A stretch of 52,860 bases of DNA from Desulfobacteraceae bacterium (GCA_029939535.1 JAOZST010000003.1:1-52860), one strand, 5' to 3'. Positions 9,116-18,836 are shown, counted from the stretch's first letter. Translations and numbers: made by a program. Notes: generated by a model from the sequence alone, not told the origin.

Positions 9116-9152
9116 AAACCATATATAGTGATTTTAACACAAAATAGTAGTG
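9116..9152. promoter_or_regulatory. Putative NrdR operator (two boxes about 21 bp apart) upstream of nrdD
   Basis: AAACCATATATAGTGA (9116-9131) matches 13 of 16 positions of the remembered NrdR box ACACTATATATAGTGT. ACACAAAATAGTAGTG (9137-9152) matches the left half well and the right half poorly. Located 150-190 bp upstream of the nrdD start. Confidence 0.35.
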
Positions 9153-9159
9153 AACACAA

Positions 9160-9408
9160 ATGCAGCTTGATCAGAATCCTTTCTTTAGAAAAGTCATAAC
9201 TCCCTGGTATGATTCATCCTTTGCCTGCTGGTGTTTGATCGTCTTTATGCTGGTTGTTTTTGCTTTTTCCCTGGCAGGGATAATTCTGGCCGCAGGAGAG
9301 CCAGCCTTTGGGGATCATATCTGGTTTCCTGAATTTCTGGCATTTTTATCCGGATTCCTTGTGGTTAAGGTTTTTATCCGGCTTCGCCTACGTTCCAAAA
9401 ATTTTTAA
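9160..9408 (+). CDS. Small hypothetical membrane protein (2 predicted TM helices)
   Basis: 82-aa ORF with two long hydrophobic stretches. No recognisable family. Confidence 0.45.
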   Translation: MQLDQNPFFRKVITPWYDSSFACWCLIVFMLVVFAFSLAGIILAAGEPAFGDHIWFPEFLAFLSGFLVVKVFIRLRLRSKNF

Positions 9409-9418
9409 TTTGCGGTCC

Positions 9419-10015
9419 TTACGTCTTTGGCGGGATCAGGACCTCTATCAAATGGTGGAGAATTTTCGCAGTAACCCCCCAGATCACCACATCTTCGTAG
9501 GGATAGGTTAATTTCATTACATTGGGTATACATCCTGAGTAGCCTTTTTCCCTGTGCAGTTTTGTAAGATGGGCAAAGGGAATCTTGAGTACACGTGAAA
9601 TTTCCGAGGTGTCATGGGTAATCATTCCCTTTTGATTCCAGATACCAATAAAGGCCTCAATATCCTTATTATTAATTGTCTGGAAATGTCCAAGGGAACC
9701 CATGACTCCCACATTTTCTTCATGGATTCCCATCTCTTCCTTTAGTTCCCGTAATGCTGCTGCCTGGCTTGTGAAGTCCATTTCCTCCACATGACCACCG
9801 GGAAATGCCATCTGGTTTCGCCAGGGATACCCTTCCACATCAGCTTTCTGTATAAAGACCAGCTCCAGTACCTGGTTAAATACAAATAAGGCCATGACAC
9901 TGGTGTTCTGAAACAGACCCGGGTCTGGCGGGGGAGGGTGAACCGCAGTGTGTAGCGCTGTTCTGATTTTTTCAATACAATTTTTCTGGTCCATATCCTG
10001 AGTTCTAAATTCCAT
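9419..10015 (-). CDS. NUDIX hydrolase (CoA-pyrophosphatase-like)
   Basis: Nudix box core RELKEEMGI preceded by GGHVEE. 198 aa. The start could instead be the internal Met at 9994. Confidence 0.8.
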   Translation of the reverse strand: MEFRTQDMDQKNCIEKIRTALHTAVHPPPPDPGLFQNTSVMALFVFNQVLELVFIQKADVEGYPWRNQMAFPGGHVEEMDFTSQAAALRELKEEMGIHEENVGVMGSLGHFQTINNKDIEAFIGIWNQKGMITHDTSEISRVLKIPFAHLTKLHREKGYSGCIPNVMKLTYPYEDVVIWGVTAKILHHLIEVLIPPKT

Positions 10016-10103
10016 GAATTATTTCCACTCCTTTTAGGCTGACACCTGACCTCTAAGGGCTAACCGCACAGGTCGAATGAGTTCCTGTGAAATTATATGC
10101 TTT

Positions 10104-10892
10104 TTACACATGACCGTAATAATCCCTGTGGGAGACCACTGAATAGGCATAGTCCAAAAGTGTGCCCCAGCTGAAAACAGGCAGATCAATTTCATGCTGG
10201 ATGGCCCTGGCAAAGGGCTGCATTCCCGTACATTCCAGCATGATGGCATTTATTTTAGGATGGGTGTCACAAAATTTTTTACAAGTGCTGATCATATCTT
10301 TTTCAGCTTTATCATAATAGATTTCAGGAATATCCGGTCTTTTTTCAGGGTTCCAGAGGTTGTCAAATTCTGGACAGCCGTATTCATCCAGGGCACCTGC
10401 AATTACAAAATTACTGTTGAGGTCAATGCCCACATTTGTCAAATGGGTGTCAGTTAAGAATCTTTTCTGGGCACAGACAATGCCCACGTCCTTATTCGGA
10501 CCGATCAACTGCTGGATAAAGGGTACCTGGAGCAGGCTGGACATGAACACAGGCACATCAACATATCCTGCCACATCTTTTTGAAAATAGGCAAAATAGC
10601 CGCATTCCGCTGCAATGGCTTTGCATCCCATGCTTTCCAGTTTTTTGGCAGCAGCAAGAATGGGCGCTCTACAGGGGGTTTTGTTCTGTTCCCAGACCAG
10701 GGTGTAATTATCAACCCCTGCTGCTATTTCATACTGGACTGGAAAGGGGAAGCCACTGGCGTTTCTAACATCTCCGGGGAATCCTGGATAGGCATCGTCC
10801 AGCACCATGATGCCAAGGCCCATACCGTAACAGGTGTGGTTTTTACGGGTTTTTGCATAGTTGATATTCAAATCACGGTTCTGGTATATCAT
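10104..10892 (-). CDS. Asp/Glu/hydantoin-racemase-like protein
   Basis: 262 aa with two pseudo-symmetric Cys motifs (AAECGYF and MLECTGM), as in two-base racemases. The start overlaps the stop of the upstream MttB-family gene by 1 nt. Confidence 0.6.
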   Translation of the reverse strand: MIYQNRDLNINYAKTRKNHTCYGMGLGIMVLDDAYPGFPGDVRNASGFPFPVQYEIAAGVDNYTLVWEQNKTPCRAPILAAAKKLESMGCKAIAAECGYFAYFQKDVAGYVDVPVFMSSLLQVPFIQQLIGPNKDVGIVCAQKRFLTDTHLTNVGIDLNSNFVIAGALDEYGCPEFDNLWNPEKRPDIPEIYYDKAEKDMISTCKKFCDTHPKINAIMLECTGMQPFARAIQHEIDLPVFSWGTLLDYAYSVVSHRDYYGHV

Positions 10893-12337
10893 CAGTTTTT
10901 CTCCAAATTATTATTGACAAGATCATTCACAGATAAAAGAATCTGGCTGGAAACCCCTTGATCCATCATGAAATTATCCAGCTCAGTTTTTATATCAGCA
11001 TCCAATTCAGGCTTTGTGTAGGACGTCAGCATCTGTTCCAATGCATTGTCTATGTTTTTGTAATATAGTTCCAGGGCTTTTCCCGGGTCGATATAGCCCC
11101 TGACCCCCACCCTGGGATTCCAGGAATGGGAACGGCATTTTTCCATGGTGTCCTTGGAGGTCAAAAATTGCCCGCCCGGTCCGACTTCCTTGAGTAAATC
11201 CATGTTCAGGGTGGTATCATTGACTTGAAAGTCAGTACTATAAAATTGTATCATATCCAGCATTTCAATATCCATGATGAATTTTTCATAGGATATGGCG
11301 GCAAAACTGTCCAGGATCCCGGCACTGTGTACAATAAGGTTAACATTGTTCCGGCAGGCAGTGAGCATTGAAAACATGCTTTCATAACCGCTCTGGGGGG
11401 ATACACACAGGGAATCAGTGGCAGCACCTCCGCAGCGGCAGGGCAGTTTAAGCATTTTTGCCAGGGCAGCTGTATATTTTCCCTGGAGGGCATAGGCGGG
11501 CGAACCAATGGATATACCACCGGTTTTAAGGTTTGCCATATTGCTTTGAACACCGAAGATTATGGGTACTCCGGGTCTGATCATCTGTGCAATGACTATG
11601 GCGGCCAATGCTTCTGCCGTTGCCAGGGCCATGTTTCCAGCCAGATCAATGGGGCCTGTGGTCCCGGCTGCCGGCGAGGGAGTTATGATCATGGGCTGGT
11701 TGAATTGTGCGCAGACCTTAATGGAGCTCAGGGCCATTTCATCCATGAGCAGAGGACTTATGGTGTTGATCAGGGTTAAAATCCTGGGTGTTTTCTGTAA
11801 CGCATCTTTACCGCCAAACATAATTGCGGCCATATCCATGATCTGTTGTATCTGGAGATGGTTTCCTGGAACCCCCATGATACATTTGTCCGATGTCAGC
11901 AATGCAGAATAAACCATGATCAAATGGCTGAGTTCAGCCGGAACATCATTGGGCTGGGCAAGTATGCCCCCATTGATTGGAAAATGCTCACATTGGTGGA
12001 CCAGTTTTGCAAATCGGATATAGTCCTTGAGCAGTGCATTCCGTGTGCTTCCTTTTAATTCGTAGATGGTCGGGCAGCCATAGCCCGGAACAAAATTTGT
12101 CTGGCTTTCTCCGATTATTGAGTTGTGCAGGGAATTTCTTCCATGGAGGGTAAAGGATTCAGGGGCTTTGCCGATCCAGGATTCAATCTGGTCCCGGGTA
12201 AAAAAAGCAATTTCCCCATCCACCCTGATATTGTTTTCTTTGACAATATCCAGTATCTCAGGGTGTTTGAGTTTGATCCCCACCTCTTCCAGGATATGGA
12301 TTCCATGGGTATAGATTTTCTGTACTTTATGGTTCAT
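10892..12337 (-). CDS. MttB-superfamily (trimethylamine methyltransferase family) protein, non-pyrrolysine type
   Basis: 481-aa uninterrupted ORF. Overall sequence pattern (ILEEVGI..., SPLLMDEMALSS..., TGPIDLAGNMALATAEALAAIVIAQ..., GYESMFSMLTA..., EVGPGGQFL) fits COG5598/MttB as I recall it. No in-frame TAG. Confidence 0.8.
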   Translation of the reverse strand: MNHKVQKIYTHGIHILEEVGIKLKHPEILDIVKENNIRVDGEIAFFTRDQIESWIGKAPESFTLHGRNSLHNSIIGESQTNFVPGYGCPTIYELKGSTRNALLKDYIRFAKLVHQCEHFPINGGILAQPNDVPAELSHLIMVYSALLTSDKCIMGVPGNHLQIQQIMDMAAIMFGGKDALQKTPRILTLINTISPLLMDEMALSSIKVCAQFNQPMIITPSPAAGTTGPIDLAGNMALATAEALAAIVIAQMIRPGVPIIFGVQSNMANLKTGGISIGSPAYALQGKYTAALAKMLKLPCRCGGAATDSLCVSPQSGYESMFSMLTACRNNVNLIVHSAGILDSFAAISYEKFIMDIEMLDMIQFYSTDFQVNDTTLNMDLLKEVGPGGQFLTSKDTMEKCRSHSWNPRVGVRGYIDPGKALELYYKNIDNALEQMLTSYTKPELDADIKTELDNFMMDQGVSSQILLSVNDLVNNNLEKN

Positions 12338-15300
12338 TCTACTTCCTTGTTTAGGTTTAACAGGTTAAAATCGCCGAGAATGGCATAAAGGCATGGTACT
12401 ACCAGGAGTACCAGCAGGGTGGACATGAGCAGTCCGAACACAATGGAGCAGGCCAGGGGAATTAAAATCTGAGCCTGCATGGATTTTTCCATCAAAAGGG
12501 GAAAAAGTCCTGCAATGGTTGTTACCGAAGTCAGAAGAACCGCTCGGAACCTCTCTCTTGAAGCCAGTTTTCCTGCCTGGGCCACGTCCTCACCCTTTGC
12601 CGTGTGCAGTTTGACAAAGCTGACTAGGAGAATGGAGTCATTCACCACAATACCTGCCAGGGATACAAATCCCAGCATACTGGGCATGGAAAGGTCAACC
12701 CCCATGAGCAAATGCCCCCAGATAACGCCTATAAGGGCAAAGGGAATGGTTACCATGATTACCAGGGGTTCCTGAAAGGATCTGAACTGGAAGCTCAAAA
12801 GGCAGAATACACCAAAAATACCTATGCCAAGGGCTTTTAACATACCGCCCATGGATGTTTTCATCTCCTTGGCCTGGCCTTCCAGATCAATGGAAATATT
12901 GGGGAATTCTTTTTTTAATTTTGGCATGAACCTGGCTTTTGTGTCTTTAATGATATCTGCAGTATTGGCAACCCTGGTATCCACATCCCCTGTAACGGTG
13001 ATGGTCCGCTGGCCATCCACCCTTCGGATTCCTGTATATCCCCTGGTGTGGGTAATGGATGCCACTGTATCCAAGGGGATTTTATCTCCATTGCCATCCA
13101 TGAGGTGGAAATTTTCAAGATCTGCAATACTGCGCCTGTCAGAAGCAGCCATCCTGAGGTTAACCTCATAGGACTGGTCCCTGACAATGATTTCACTGGC
13201 AGTGATTCCGTAGAAAGCCGCTCTCAGCTGTTTTGAAATAATTCTGGCATCAAATCCCCTGGCCTTTGCTCCTTTTTTAAGCTTGACCTGGATTTCCGGC
13301 TTGCCCGGCCGCAGATCATCATAAAGATCTGCCACACCCTTATAGTTGTAAAGCCAGTTGATAAGCTTTGTGGAGGCTGATTTTAATTCATCCAAATTTT
13401 GCCCCTTAAGACGGATTTCAATGGGAAGCCCGCCCGGGCCCAGGGTGGGTTCTTTATAGGCAATGGCAATGGCATCGGGGATATCCCCTGCCAGGGTTCT
13501 CCATTTATTGATTATATCATCCATGGACCCGGATCTGTTTTCAGCGCTTAAAAGGTCCAGGGAAACCGTTGCAACATGGGCACCCTTTTCTCCTGCATCC
13601 ACATTGGTGTTGAACAGTACGCTTATATGTTTTACCAGGTCTGCTTTGTCAGGTTGTAAGGGGGATAAGGCTGCATCCATTTCCTGGGCGGCTTTTACAA
13701 ATTTGTCCACATAAAATTCAGTTCTTTCCAAAGGAGTTCCCTGGGGAAACAGTATCCTTGCCTGGAGGACATCTCCTTCAATTTCAGGGAAAGCCCGAAT
13801 TTTTAAATACCCGCCGGCAATCATGGAGATGGAGGCAATAAAGGCAAAAATGATCAGTCCCATAAACAAATATCTGAAATTAACAGCCCTATCCACTATC
13901 CAGCCGAAAAGTTTTTCCCTCAGCCAGTTAAGACCTCTATCAACGTTTTGGCGAAATCTGTTTTTTGCTTTATACGGGTCATGCCCCCCAAGGGCGTGGG
14001 CCAGGTGGTTGGGAAGAATGAAAAAGGCTTCCACAAGGCTTACGGTCAGGGTCAGGATCAGTATCACGGGAATCACATAGAGCACTTTTCCGATGTCCCC
14101 TTTCATGCCCAGGCCCAGTGCCCCGAAAATAAAAAGGGTGGTCAAAAAGGAAGAAAATACGCCTGCAGCCACTTCAGAGATCCCATCCACAACAGCTGTA
14201 AAGGCTTTTTTGCCCCTTTCAAGGTGGGCCGCAACATTTTCGGCAATGACAATGGCATCATCCATGAGCAGGCCAAGTCCTATGAGCAGGCCAACCATGG
14301 ATAACATGTTCAGGGAAAGCCCAATATGCTTCATAAAGAAAAAGGTAAGCAAAAAGGAAACCGGCAGGCCCATGGCCACCCAGAAGGAAAAGGAAAAAGG
14401 GAAAAATAAAAGCATGGCAAAAAAAACGAGGACCAGTCCCTGTATTCCGTTAACTGCCAGCATCCGGAGGCGGTCCCTCACCACCTTGGATACATTCTGG
14501 GTGATGTCAAAGGAGATTCCTGAAGGAGCCCTGGCCTTTTCTTTTTCTATGAACTCTGTCACTGCATCCAGGATTCTCAGGGAATCCTCAGACTTGGTTT
14601 TGGTGATCTGGAGAAGCCCGGCCCGTTTTCCGTTAAACATGATCTGGTCTTCTTTTTCCATGAATCCCTCGGAGATTATGGCAATATCCCCCAGTCTGAT
14701 TTCAGCACCTGTTTCGCCGGATATTACAATGAGATCTTCCAGGGCATCCAGGGTTTTTCTTTCTTCGGAAAACCGGATCAATATGTCTGAATCCCTTGTT
14801 TCCAGACTTCCGGTCGGAAGGTCCAGGCTTTGGGCTGCCACGGCATCATGGATATCTGCTACGGAAAGGCCCAAGCGCATTGTATTGTAAAAGGGGATTT
14901 CAATTAAAAATTCATGGTCGGAAAACCCCAGGATCTCCACCTGGGAAACCATGTCCAAAGCCTTGAGCCGGTCCTTAAGATCTTCGCAATAGAATTTTAA
15001 ATGCACTGGGCTCATGGGTCCGGTAACTGCCACAGACACCACTGGATCAGTTCTGTTAACCCTTTTTACGATGACATTTTCAACTTCTGCAGGGAAATCA
15101 TTGATGGCTTCTACTTCGGTTTTGATGTCATTGAAGAACTCGATGATATTGCCTTGATCCACCATGTCCACGACAATGGAAGCCATGTTCTCCATGGCCG
15201 TACTGCGGACTTCGGCAATATTTGCCACGCTGTCTATGACATCTTCTACCCTCTGGCATAAGGAGGATTCCACATCTGCGGCACTGGCCCCTGGATAGGT

Positions 15301-15459
15301 TATGGTAATTTCAACGGCATTGGTTGAAAAGTCGGGAAAGGTTTCCCGTTTCAGGTCTGCAATGGAAATAAGGCCCAGGACAATGAACAATACCATGAGA
15401 AGATTTGATGCTGTGGGATGGGCACACATGAATGAGATGATTCGTTTAAATAAAGACAT
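12334..15459 (-). CDS. RND efflux transporter permease subunit (AcrB/HAE-type)
   Basis: About 1040 aa with the 12-TM, two-large-loop layout. The N-terminus MSLFKRIISFMCAHPTASNLLMVLFIVLGL...TYPGASAADVE is typical. I prefer Met at 15459 because it abuts the adaptor stop at 15461. The track start at 15504 would overlap the adaptor by 44 nt. Confidence 0.9.
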   Translation of the reverse strand: MSLFKRIISFMCAHPTASNLLMVLFIVLGLISIADLKRETFPDFSTNAVEITITYPGASAADVESSLCQRVEDVIDSVANIAEVRSTAMENMASIVVDMVDQGNIIEFFNDIKTEVEAINDFPAEVENVIVKRVNRTDPVVSVAVTGPMSPVHLKFYCEDLKDRLKALDMVSQVEILGFSDHEFLIEIPFYNTMRLGLSVADIHDAVAAQSLDLPTGSLETRDSDILIRFSEERKTLDALEDLIVISGETGAEIRLGDIAIISEGFMEKEDQIMFNGKRAGLLQITKTKSEDSLRILDAVTEFIEKEKARAPSGISFDITQNVSKVVRDRLRMLAVNGIQGLVLVFFAMLLFFPFSFSFWVAMGLPVSFLLTFFFMKHIGLSLNMLSMVGLLIGLGLLMDDAIVIAENVAAHLERGKKAFTAVVDGISEVAAGVFSSFLTTLFIFGALGLGMKGDIGKVLYVIPVILILTLTVSLVEAFFILPNHLAHALGGHDPYKAKNRFRQNVDRGLNWLREKLFGWIVDRAVNFRYLFMGLIIFAFIASISMIAGGYLKIRAFPEIEGDVLQARILFPQGTPLERTEFYVDKFVKAAQEMDAALSPLQPDKADLVKHISVLFNTNVDAGEKGAHVATVSLDLLSAENRSGSMDDIINKWRTLAGDIPDAIAIAYKEPTLGPGGLPIEIRLKGQNLDELKSASTKLINWLYNYKGVADLYDDLRPGKPEIQVKLKKGAKARGFDARIISKQLRAAFYGITASEIIVRDQSYEVNLRMAASDRRSIADLENFHLMDGNGDKIPLDTVASITHTRGYTGIRRVDGQRTITVTGDVDTRVANTADIIKDTKARFMPKLKKEFPNISIDLEGQAKEMKTSMGGMLKALGIGIFGVFCLLSFQFRSFQEPLVIMVTIPFALIGVIWGHLLMGVDLSMPSMLGFVSLAGIVVNDSILLVSFVKLHTAKGEDVAQAGKLASRERFRAVLLTSVTTIAGLFPLLMEKSMQAQILIPLACSIVFGLLMSTLLVLLVVPCLYAILGDFNLLNLNKEVE

Positions 15460-15460
15460 T

Positions 15461-16819
15461 CTATAAAGCCTCCCCCAGGGCTTTTTGTCTAAGCTGTTCT
15501 GCAATGTCCAGGGCTGGTACAGGTTTTAGCAGCATCCCTTCCACGGCAGGTATAAGATCGCTTAACACCAGTCTCTCTCCCTGCTCAACCCCTGTGGACA
15601 GCACAGCCATATCCTCCATCTGGAATTCAATTTTCACAGGCTTGATTTTCAGCCGGTTTTCAGGTGTGCAGATATAAATTTTTTCTTCATGCAAAGCGCT
15701 TCTTGGGACAACAAACCTGTCTGGAATGAGTTGACCCCTCAGTTCCACCTCCACATACATATTTGTAAGCAGGGGCGGTCGTTTTCCAGGGATTAACTTT
15801 TCATAGGGTTTGTCCACTATAATATAGACTGTAATAGCTCCGGTTTTGAGATCCATGGACTCACTGGTCCGTGAAAACCAGCCCTCCCATTCAACCTGCT
15901 TCATTTCATCCATGGGAAGCCTGACCCTGGCAGTCGTCAGGGCTATGGCCTTTCTAAGAGTTTCCATATCGGGCAGTCCAGGGATTTTGGCGCCATGTTC
16001 CCTGGGCATGAGGTTTAAGAAATTGTTGGGTGATAGCTGTATGGGGATCTCTGCCCTGTCAATGCTTTCAGCTTTAACCAGAACGCTTCCCGCAGATTCA
16101 TACTGGTCAAGTTCGATATTCACGGAAGACAGGCGGCAGTTAAAGGGGGCGTAGATTTCTGTTTTTGCCACATCCAGGCGCTGCTGGCTCACTGTGGACT
16201 CCCCTGATTTTTTCTGGGCCAGAAGGGCTTTTTTCTGGGACGGGATCAGGGCCAGGGTGTTTTGAAGGTTATTCACGGCAGTCTGGCGGGCAAGAAAATT
16301 TCTTTCCTCTTTTTCCAGTATAGAGGCTGAGACAACCCCCTTGTCAAACAATTCCTGCATTCGCTTAAGCTCCTGGGCGGAAATAGCCAAAGCTTTTTTT
16401 TCAATGTCCAGAAGTCTCTGGGTATTTTTCCTGGATTGGTCAAGTTCCTTGAGCCTGGCATCCACATTCAAGAGTTCCGCCATTCCCCGGGTTTCAGCAA
16501 GACCGTAAGCGGTGGTGTCTATTTTTAGCAGAAGTTCGCCCTTTTGGATGAAATACCCTTTTTTCAGGTTTTTATTCATAAAAACGATTTTTCCACTGAC
16601 TTCGGAAATGGCTTCCCAGGTACGATCTGCCTCAACATATCCATAGCTGATGGCTCTGGGTACAACCGGGGTCTTTTCCATAGGAATTATCCGGACAGTC
16701 TGAACCCGTTTTTTGAAATCAAGGCGGGCTGGCGGCTGTTTGTTGCTTTTCATCCACACCAAAAGAGCAATTCCGCAGATAACCGGAATAATGAATAAAA
16801 TTTTTTTTAAGATTTTCAT
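15461..16819 (-). CDS. RND efflux periplasmic adaptor (membrane fusion protein, HlyD family)
   Basis: 452 aa. N-terminal TM anchor, central coiled-coil hairpin, beta-barrel C-terminus. Directly upstream of the RND pump. Confidence 0.85.
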   Translation of the reverse strand: MKILKKILFIIPVICGIALLVWMKSNKQPPARLDFKKRVQTVRIIPMEKTPVVPRAISYGYVEADRTWEAISEVSGKIVFMNKNLKKGYFIQKGELLLKIDTTAYGLAETRGMAELLNVDARLKELDQSRKNTQRLLDIEKKALAISAQELKRMQELFDKGVVSASILEKEERNFLARQTAVNNLQNTLALIPSQKKALLAQKKSGESTVSQQRLDVAKTEIYAPFNCRLSSVNIELDQYESAGSVLVKAESIDRAEIPIQLSPNNFLNLMPREHGAKIPGLPDMETLRKAIALTTARVRLPMDEMKQVEWEGWFSRTSESMDLKTGAITVYIIVDKPYEKLIPGKRPPLLTNMYVEVELRGQLIPDRFVVPRSALHEEKIYICTPENRLKIKPVKIEFQMEDMAVLSTGVEQGERLVLSDLIPAVEGMLLKPVPALDIAEQLRQKALGEAL

Positions 16820-16830
16820 ATGGTCTTTCC

Positions 16831-17808
16831 TTATGCTTGTTTTTCATAAAATTTTTTTTCAATGGTTTTTACTTTTTTTTTCCTGTCTGGAGATAAAAAA
16901 AATTGAAAAAGTGGATCATCCAAGGAAATTTTTTTTTGAAGAATATCCTGTTCAAGGATGGCCAGGACTTCAATAGATACATCGCAGGAAGGGTATCCTT
17001 TATCATCAAGAAGGATTGTGTTGCTAAGCTTGATTTCAACAATGTTATTGATATCTACAAGTTTTAGATTCCCTTCAGGTGTGATGATCAGGTTGCCGAT
17101 GCCTGCAAGGTCGGGAATATATCCGGCATTGGTTATCATATGTCTGATTTTTTTTACGAAGTTTTCAATATTGTTCCTGGCTTTGTCAGCCAATTTTTCA
17201 ACCTGTGGCCGGCACTGGATATCTCTTGGGCTCTTATCCTTATTGGGCATTGATTTGAATAATTCCAGCAAATAATCTTTCCCATACAATCTCCAGGGAT
17301 CAAGTATCTGGCCTTCAACATATTCCTGGAGGCCGCACAGGACGATCTGGCTTGTGCCCGTACCAGTATAATCCACCATGAATTCCTGGGAAGTGGCAAT
17401 AAGCTCAGGCCCCAGAAATTGTAAAAGGAGATTATATTTTTTAACTTCCTGGAAAATGGCCTCTTTATTTTTAAACCTGTTTCGCAATATTCGGAATATT
17501 TTTGTGGGCCTGGCCCTGGGAAACATCCGGATTCCATCTATTATTTCCCCCTGGGTCTCCTTTAAAACATCATTTGCAGCAAGAACTTCAAATATATGGG
17601 ATCTCAGGCCTGATCTATAATATTTCCTGAAGATAATATCTTCTGAGTTTTTGATGAAGTTGAGCTTTTTCACCTCTGTTCCCGATAGATGGGCCTGATC
17701 CCGTATGTCTGCTTGCTTGTCCATTATGGGATTATTGTAGCAAACACCTGGCAGTCGGTAAAGACAGTATTTTTCAGGGTGGTAAAAGGCAAATGAAAAG
17801 GATATCAT
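16831..17808 (-). CDS. Hypothetical protein with protein-kinase-like catalytic signature
   Basis: LQEYVEG (hinge-like), IPDLAGIGNLIITPEGNLKLVDINN (D-x4-N catalytic loop followed by a metal-binding D). The start is uncertain: 17916, 17808 or 17724. The 17916 start would overlap the divergent EamA gene. The stop lies 11 nt before the adaptor gene. Confidence 0.45.
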   Translation of the reverse strand: MISFSFAFYHPEKYCLYRLPGVCYNNPIMDKQADIRDQAHLSGTEVKKLNFIKNSEDIIFRKYYRSGLRSHIFEVLAANDVLKETQGEIIDGIRMFPRARPTKIFRILRNRFKNKEAIFQEVKKYNLLLQFLGPELIATSQEFMVDYTGTGTSQIVLCGLQEYVEGQILDPWRLYGKDYLLELFKSMPNKDKSPRDIQCRPQVEKLADKARNNIENFVKKIRHMITNAGYIPDLAGIGNLIITPEGNLKLVDINNIVEIKLSNTILLDDKGYPSCDVSIEVLAILEQDILQKKISLDDPLFQFFLSPDRKKKVKTIEKKFYEKQA

Positions 17809-17900
17809 GGCCGGGATTGTGCGCTTTGTTTTTTTAATCTGTTTTTTTGTTTCAACCGGCCCGGACCAAGGGGGCCTTATATATAAAGGAATTATTTTCC

Positions 17901-18836
17901 ATGGCAGAAAAGACACAGAACAACCATAACAACTCAGTCAGCCATGTCATGGGCCTGAAAGAGTGGATATTGATTTTCTTATTGTCCGTGATCTGGGGGG
18001 CTTCTTTTTTCTTTGTGGAAGTGGCTGTGAAAACCATGACCCCCTTTACCATAGTCATGTACAGGGTGGGGTTTGCGGCTGTGATTCTTCTGGGGGTTGT
18101 CAGATTCACCGGCCGCCGGCTGCCTTCATCTTTAAAGGTCTGGACTGGCTTATTGGGCCTGGGGGCCTTGAACAATGTAATCCCCTTTTCTTTGATCACC
18201 TGGGGCCAGACTTTAATTGATTCCAGCCTGGCATCTATTTTAAATGCCTTTGCTCCGGTGTTCAGCGTAATCCTGGCCCATTTTCTGACAAAGGAGGAGC
18301 CCCTGACTCCCAACCGTGTCACAGGGGTGGTATTTGGCTGGCTGGGGGTGGCTGTTTTAATCGGGGTGGATTCCCTGAAGGGGGCAGGCCTCCAGGTGGC
18401 AGGCCAGGCTGCTGTGCTGGGAGCTTCCTTCCTCTATGCCTGTGCTGCTATTTTTGCCAGGAGGTTTAAGCATCTGGACCCGGTGGTGGTGGCAGCAGGA
18501 ATGCTTACCGGGTCCACTTTGATGATGATTCCCGTTGCCCTGGTGCTTGAGCATCCCTGGACCCTTGAACCCACCCTCCTGACCTGGGGGGCTATCCTTG
18601 GATTATCTGCCATTTCCACTGCCCTTGCCTATATTATTTATTTTTATGTTCTGGCCAGGGCAGGGGCCACCAATATTCTGCTGGTAACTTTTTTGATTCC
18701 AATCTCTGCTATTTTCCTGGGGGTTGTGGTTCTGGGCGAATCCCCAGGATGGAATGCCTTTGCCGGCATGATCATGATTTTTATCGGTCTTGCCGCCATT
18801 GACGGCCGAATCATAAAAACATTTAAAAAATCTTAA
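17901..18836 (+). CDS. EamA/DMT family transporter
   Basis: About 310 aa with 10 hydrophobic helices in two repeats. Start preferred at MAEKTQNN (17901). Confidence 0.8.
   Translation: MAEKTQNNHNNSVSHVMGLKEWILIFLLSVIWGASFFFVEVAVKTMTPFTIVMYRVGFAAVILLGVVRFTGRRLPSSLKVWTGLLGLGALNNVIPFSLITWGQTLIDSSLASILNAFAPVFSVILAHFLTKEEPLTPNRVTGVVFGWLGVAVLIGVDSLKGAGLQVAGQAAVLGASFLYACAAIFARRFKHLDPVVVAAGMLTGSTLMMIPVALVLEHPWTLEPTLLTWGAILGLSAISTALAYIIYFYVLARAGATNILLVTFLIPISAIFLGVVVLGESPGWNAFAGMIMIFIGLAAIDGRIIKTFKKS

Noticed and set aside
10892-12337. Pyrrolysine (in-frame TAG) in the MttB-family gene.
   Set aside because: The ORF is continuous for 481 codons with no internal amber codon, so it is a non-Pyl family member.
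14093-14890. Long antisense or nested track ORFs. Examples: 14093-14890 (265 aa) inside the RND gene; 49538-50500 (320 aa) opposite dctM; 22231-22902 opposite the prenyl synthase; 29878-30504 and 29273-29821 opposite the kinase; 32948-33580 opposite the dikinase-like gene; 36348-36941 opposite the molybdoenzyme.
   Set aside because: Each lies entirely within, and opposite to, a gene with strong family motifs. Their products are low-complexity (Ser/Pro/Arg/His-rich) with no recognisable motifs. This is typical of shadow ORFs.
12334-15504. The track start of the RND pump at 15504, which would overlap the adaptor gene by 44 nt.
   Set aside because: The family-typical N-terminus begins at Met 15459 (MSLFKRIISF...), one nt after the adaptor stop. 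The 15 extra upstream codons look non-native.
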